Shown here in pieces: positions 61,181-64,000 of a DNA stretch of 64,000 nt; the first letter of the stretch is position 1, and each line of letters opens with the position of its first letter. The position numbers and the translations under genes were made by a program. The stretch lies in NCBI RefSeq assembly GCF_009914755.1, contig NC_060934.1; one strand, 5' to 3'. The stretch comes from the human T2T-CHM13v2.0 reference genome, Homo sapiens. The notes beneath the pieces were generated by a model that did not search any database, was not told where the DNA came from, and was given only the letters and a program-made list of their open reading frames with translations.

Positions 61181-61781
61181 TGAAAGAGAGAGAGTACTTC
61201 AAAGTATGAATTCACCACACTACCATGTCCAGTAGATTTAAAAAATAACTTCTAATGCCTATTATTTCTTTCAACATTCAGCTGAAGGGACACTTCTTGA
61301 TTTAAATCTCTTTCAAATTCTTACTGTCTGTATAGTTTTTTAAAAAGTCAATCTGTGTTATGTTTGATGATATCTTTTGTATTCTTATCCTGATCTTTTT
61401 CATTACAGTTTTTTAAATCCTTATTTCTTATCTTTTCGACTAGATCGTGAGTTTCTTAAGTGTAAGGGCTCTATGTTTTACTTCCTTTATTATTCTACAA
61501 TGCACAGAATAAAGCTTTGAATGGAATAAATGTTCTTTATATTTCTGTTGCATTGATTATTCTATATAAAGTGGAGGTATTCATGAGCTGTACTTAGGGA
61601 AACAGCCTCTAGATGTTACCCCATAGTGAAGAAATGGACATTATAGTTTTAGAAGTAAGATAATCTGACATAAGTTTTCTTTGATTAAACACCATTGATG
61701 ACATGAATTTGCATTGAATTCTGGAACCATGGAACATTTGACCTGGAAGAAATTTCATGAAGCTTTTATTCTGACCCACTT

Positions 61782-62240
61782 TATCAGTTAGATTGTGTTT
61801 GTCCCTTAGGAAAGAAATCTAAGTTACAGTGAAATGAAATAAAGGTTATTTTTCTCCTGTAAGGGAGAAGGCCAGCAGTGCTCAGTGTAGCCAGGGTTAA
61901 TGTGACATCCGAAAGATGATGATGGGGACCCACTTCTTCTACTGCTCTGCTCCTACACTTTGGTGGGTGCTTTTCTTCCTGAAGGCACTAAGGCCACTGC
62001 CATGCATCCTGCCATTGTTGCTGCATTCCAGGTAGGAATTAGAAGGAAGGGAAAAGGGCAAAAGTGCTATGTTAACTATCCCATTTGATCAGAAAAATAA
62101 AGCTTTCTAGAAGTGCCATGCAAAGATTTCTACTTACATCTCATTGGCCAGAACTGGTCACAGTGGTCTGGGGAAATAAATTATTTTCAACTGGACACAT
62201 TGCCACCCTACACAAATTAAGAGGTCTATTAGTAAGGATG
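61782..62240 (-). mobile_element. Old MLT1 (J/K-like) LTR
   Basis: 'tctacttacatctcattggccagaactggtcac' is the antisense MLT1J/K core. Confidence 0.65.
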
Positions 62241-63258
62241 GAGGAAAATGGAAAATAGGTAGGCAAATTGTAGAGTGTGACCAACTCTTAACACTTATTT
62301 GATAGAGAAGGACCCCTCTGGAAGGATTTTAAAGGGATTTTCCAAATGATGAAATTGGGGAGGACAGACTGTAGATGAGTGAGGCTACTGACAGATAGAC
62401 CAGTTAACCTACTGATGCAGGAATCTAGGCAAGAAACAGTTCTGAACTAGGGCAGTGGCAATTATGGCAAAGAGGTAGAGGCAGGATTTAAATGATTAGG
62501 AGTTGGAATGGGTAAGTTTAATGACAATCACAAAAACAAAAATCATCTCAATTTTATTTTACAGTTAGATTTGGATTAGTTGTAAAAAATCTAAACCTCT
62601 TATCTTTCAGCATTGGCGAAGAATCTGCAGATATGTATTTTATTTCATTCCATTTTATTTATTTATTTTTAAAAATTTTACTTAATTCTGTATTTTAAAT
62701 AAGAGTAGAAGGAAGAGGTGTGAGCCAGCCTCAAATTTCGGAGGTTAATAAGACAAAGAGTTGTCTGGCATGTTCGAAGAGGGTATGCTACTTAAGGGCT
62801 TCAGATATGGTGAAAATTGAGCTGGAAACATGGTGAGAATAATATCCCTTTTGTAGGAATTTGGACTTGAAGTAACACAAATCAATGAATGTTTTAAAAA
62901 CAACTGCTGTTTTAAAACTCACAACCAAGTTTATGTAATTACACTGTTCTTATTTGGAGCATTTTACTCATCCTTAGACCTCAGACTCCATACTGCAAAT
63001 GATGGTGAGTGTGTTTCCTAAATGCAGCAGATAAAACAGCCATCATCACAGCCCAAGCAAGATCTATGCCTCTATGACATTCTTTTGACCCAATCAGTTA
63101 AGAAAAGTTTGAATTTCTAGGTTTGAGAGAAGGCTACTCCTTCTGAGCTGTCATTTGAAATGCCAACATATCTCAGCTGTAGGTCAATGGGAAGTTGCAT
63201 GTTTTCTATTGACCACAGAACAAAGTAGCCAAATATTAATTAACATGTTTGAGAATGA

Positions 63259-63702
<444 letters not shown>

Positions 63703-64000
63703 TGAAATAATATTCAGAAAATGGAAATACAGAGTCAAATTCAAAATTTAAGTGTTATGTGATAAAATTATAACTGATATGAAAAACAAAACCACAGGAG
63801 AGTTGAAGAAGAAGGGAGTTGGAGACTTGAAGGGGTTTATAGGCCAAGGGGAGAAAGCAAGTTTGATTGAGTTTATACTCCAGCTATGTGGTCCTGAACT
63901 TCTGGAAGTTTCCACACATTGTCATTAGTGCTTATAGAAGAAACAGATCATCTGGATGCCTGACTGATAGTTTTATGTCTTACTCAGATATTGTTGTGTC

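Overview
Primate (almost certainly human) non-coding genomic DNA with no supportable protein-coding exon. Interspersed repeats dominate: about 30 Alu elements (J, S, Y and monomers), L1PA/L1PB/L1M fragments, MaLR LTRs (THE1, MST, MLT1), an ERV-L MLT2 LTR, one ERV1 solo LTR, DNA-transposon fossils (MER2, MER20, Tigger4-like, hAT-Tip100-like) and MIR/L2 remnants. The only gene-derived sequence is a full-length, disabled RPL7 processed pseudogene (17383-18218). All repeat family names come from my recall of consensus sequences, not from a RepeatMasker run. I cannot place the window on a chromosome and see no evidence for a new multi-component biological system. The observations most worth checking are: an AluY that appears identical to consensus (likely recent, possibly polymorphic); a tail-to-tail inverted Alu pair at a triplicated target site; a fold-back template-switch scar inside a THE1 LTR; a 72-bp non-tandem local duplication; a minisatellite derived from a MER20 motif; a complete two-LTR MLT1A provirus; an octamer-bearing ERV1 LTR; and repeat-free blocks rich in homeodomain/SOX motifs that look like candidate enhancers.
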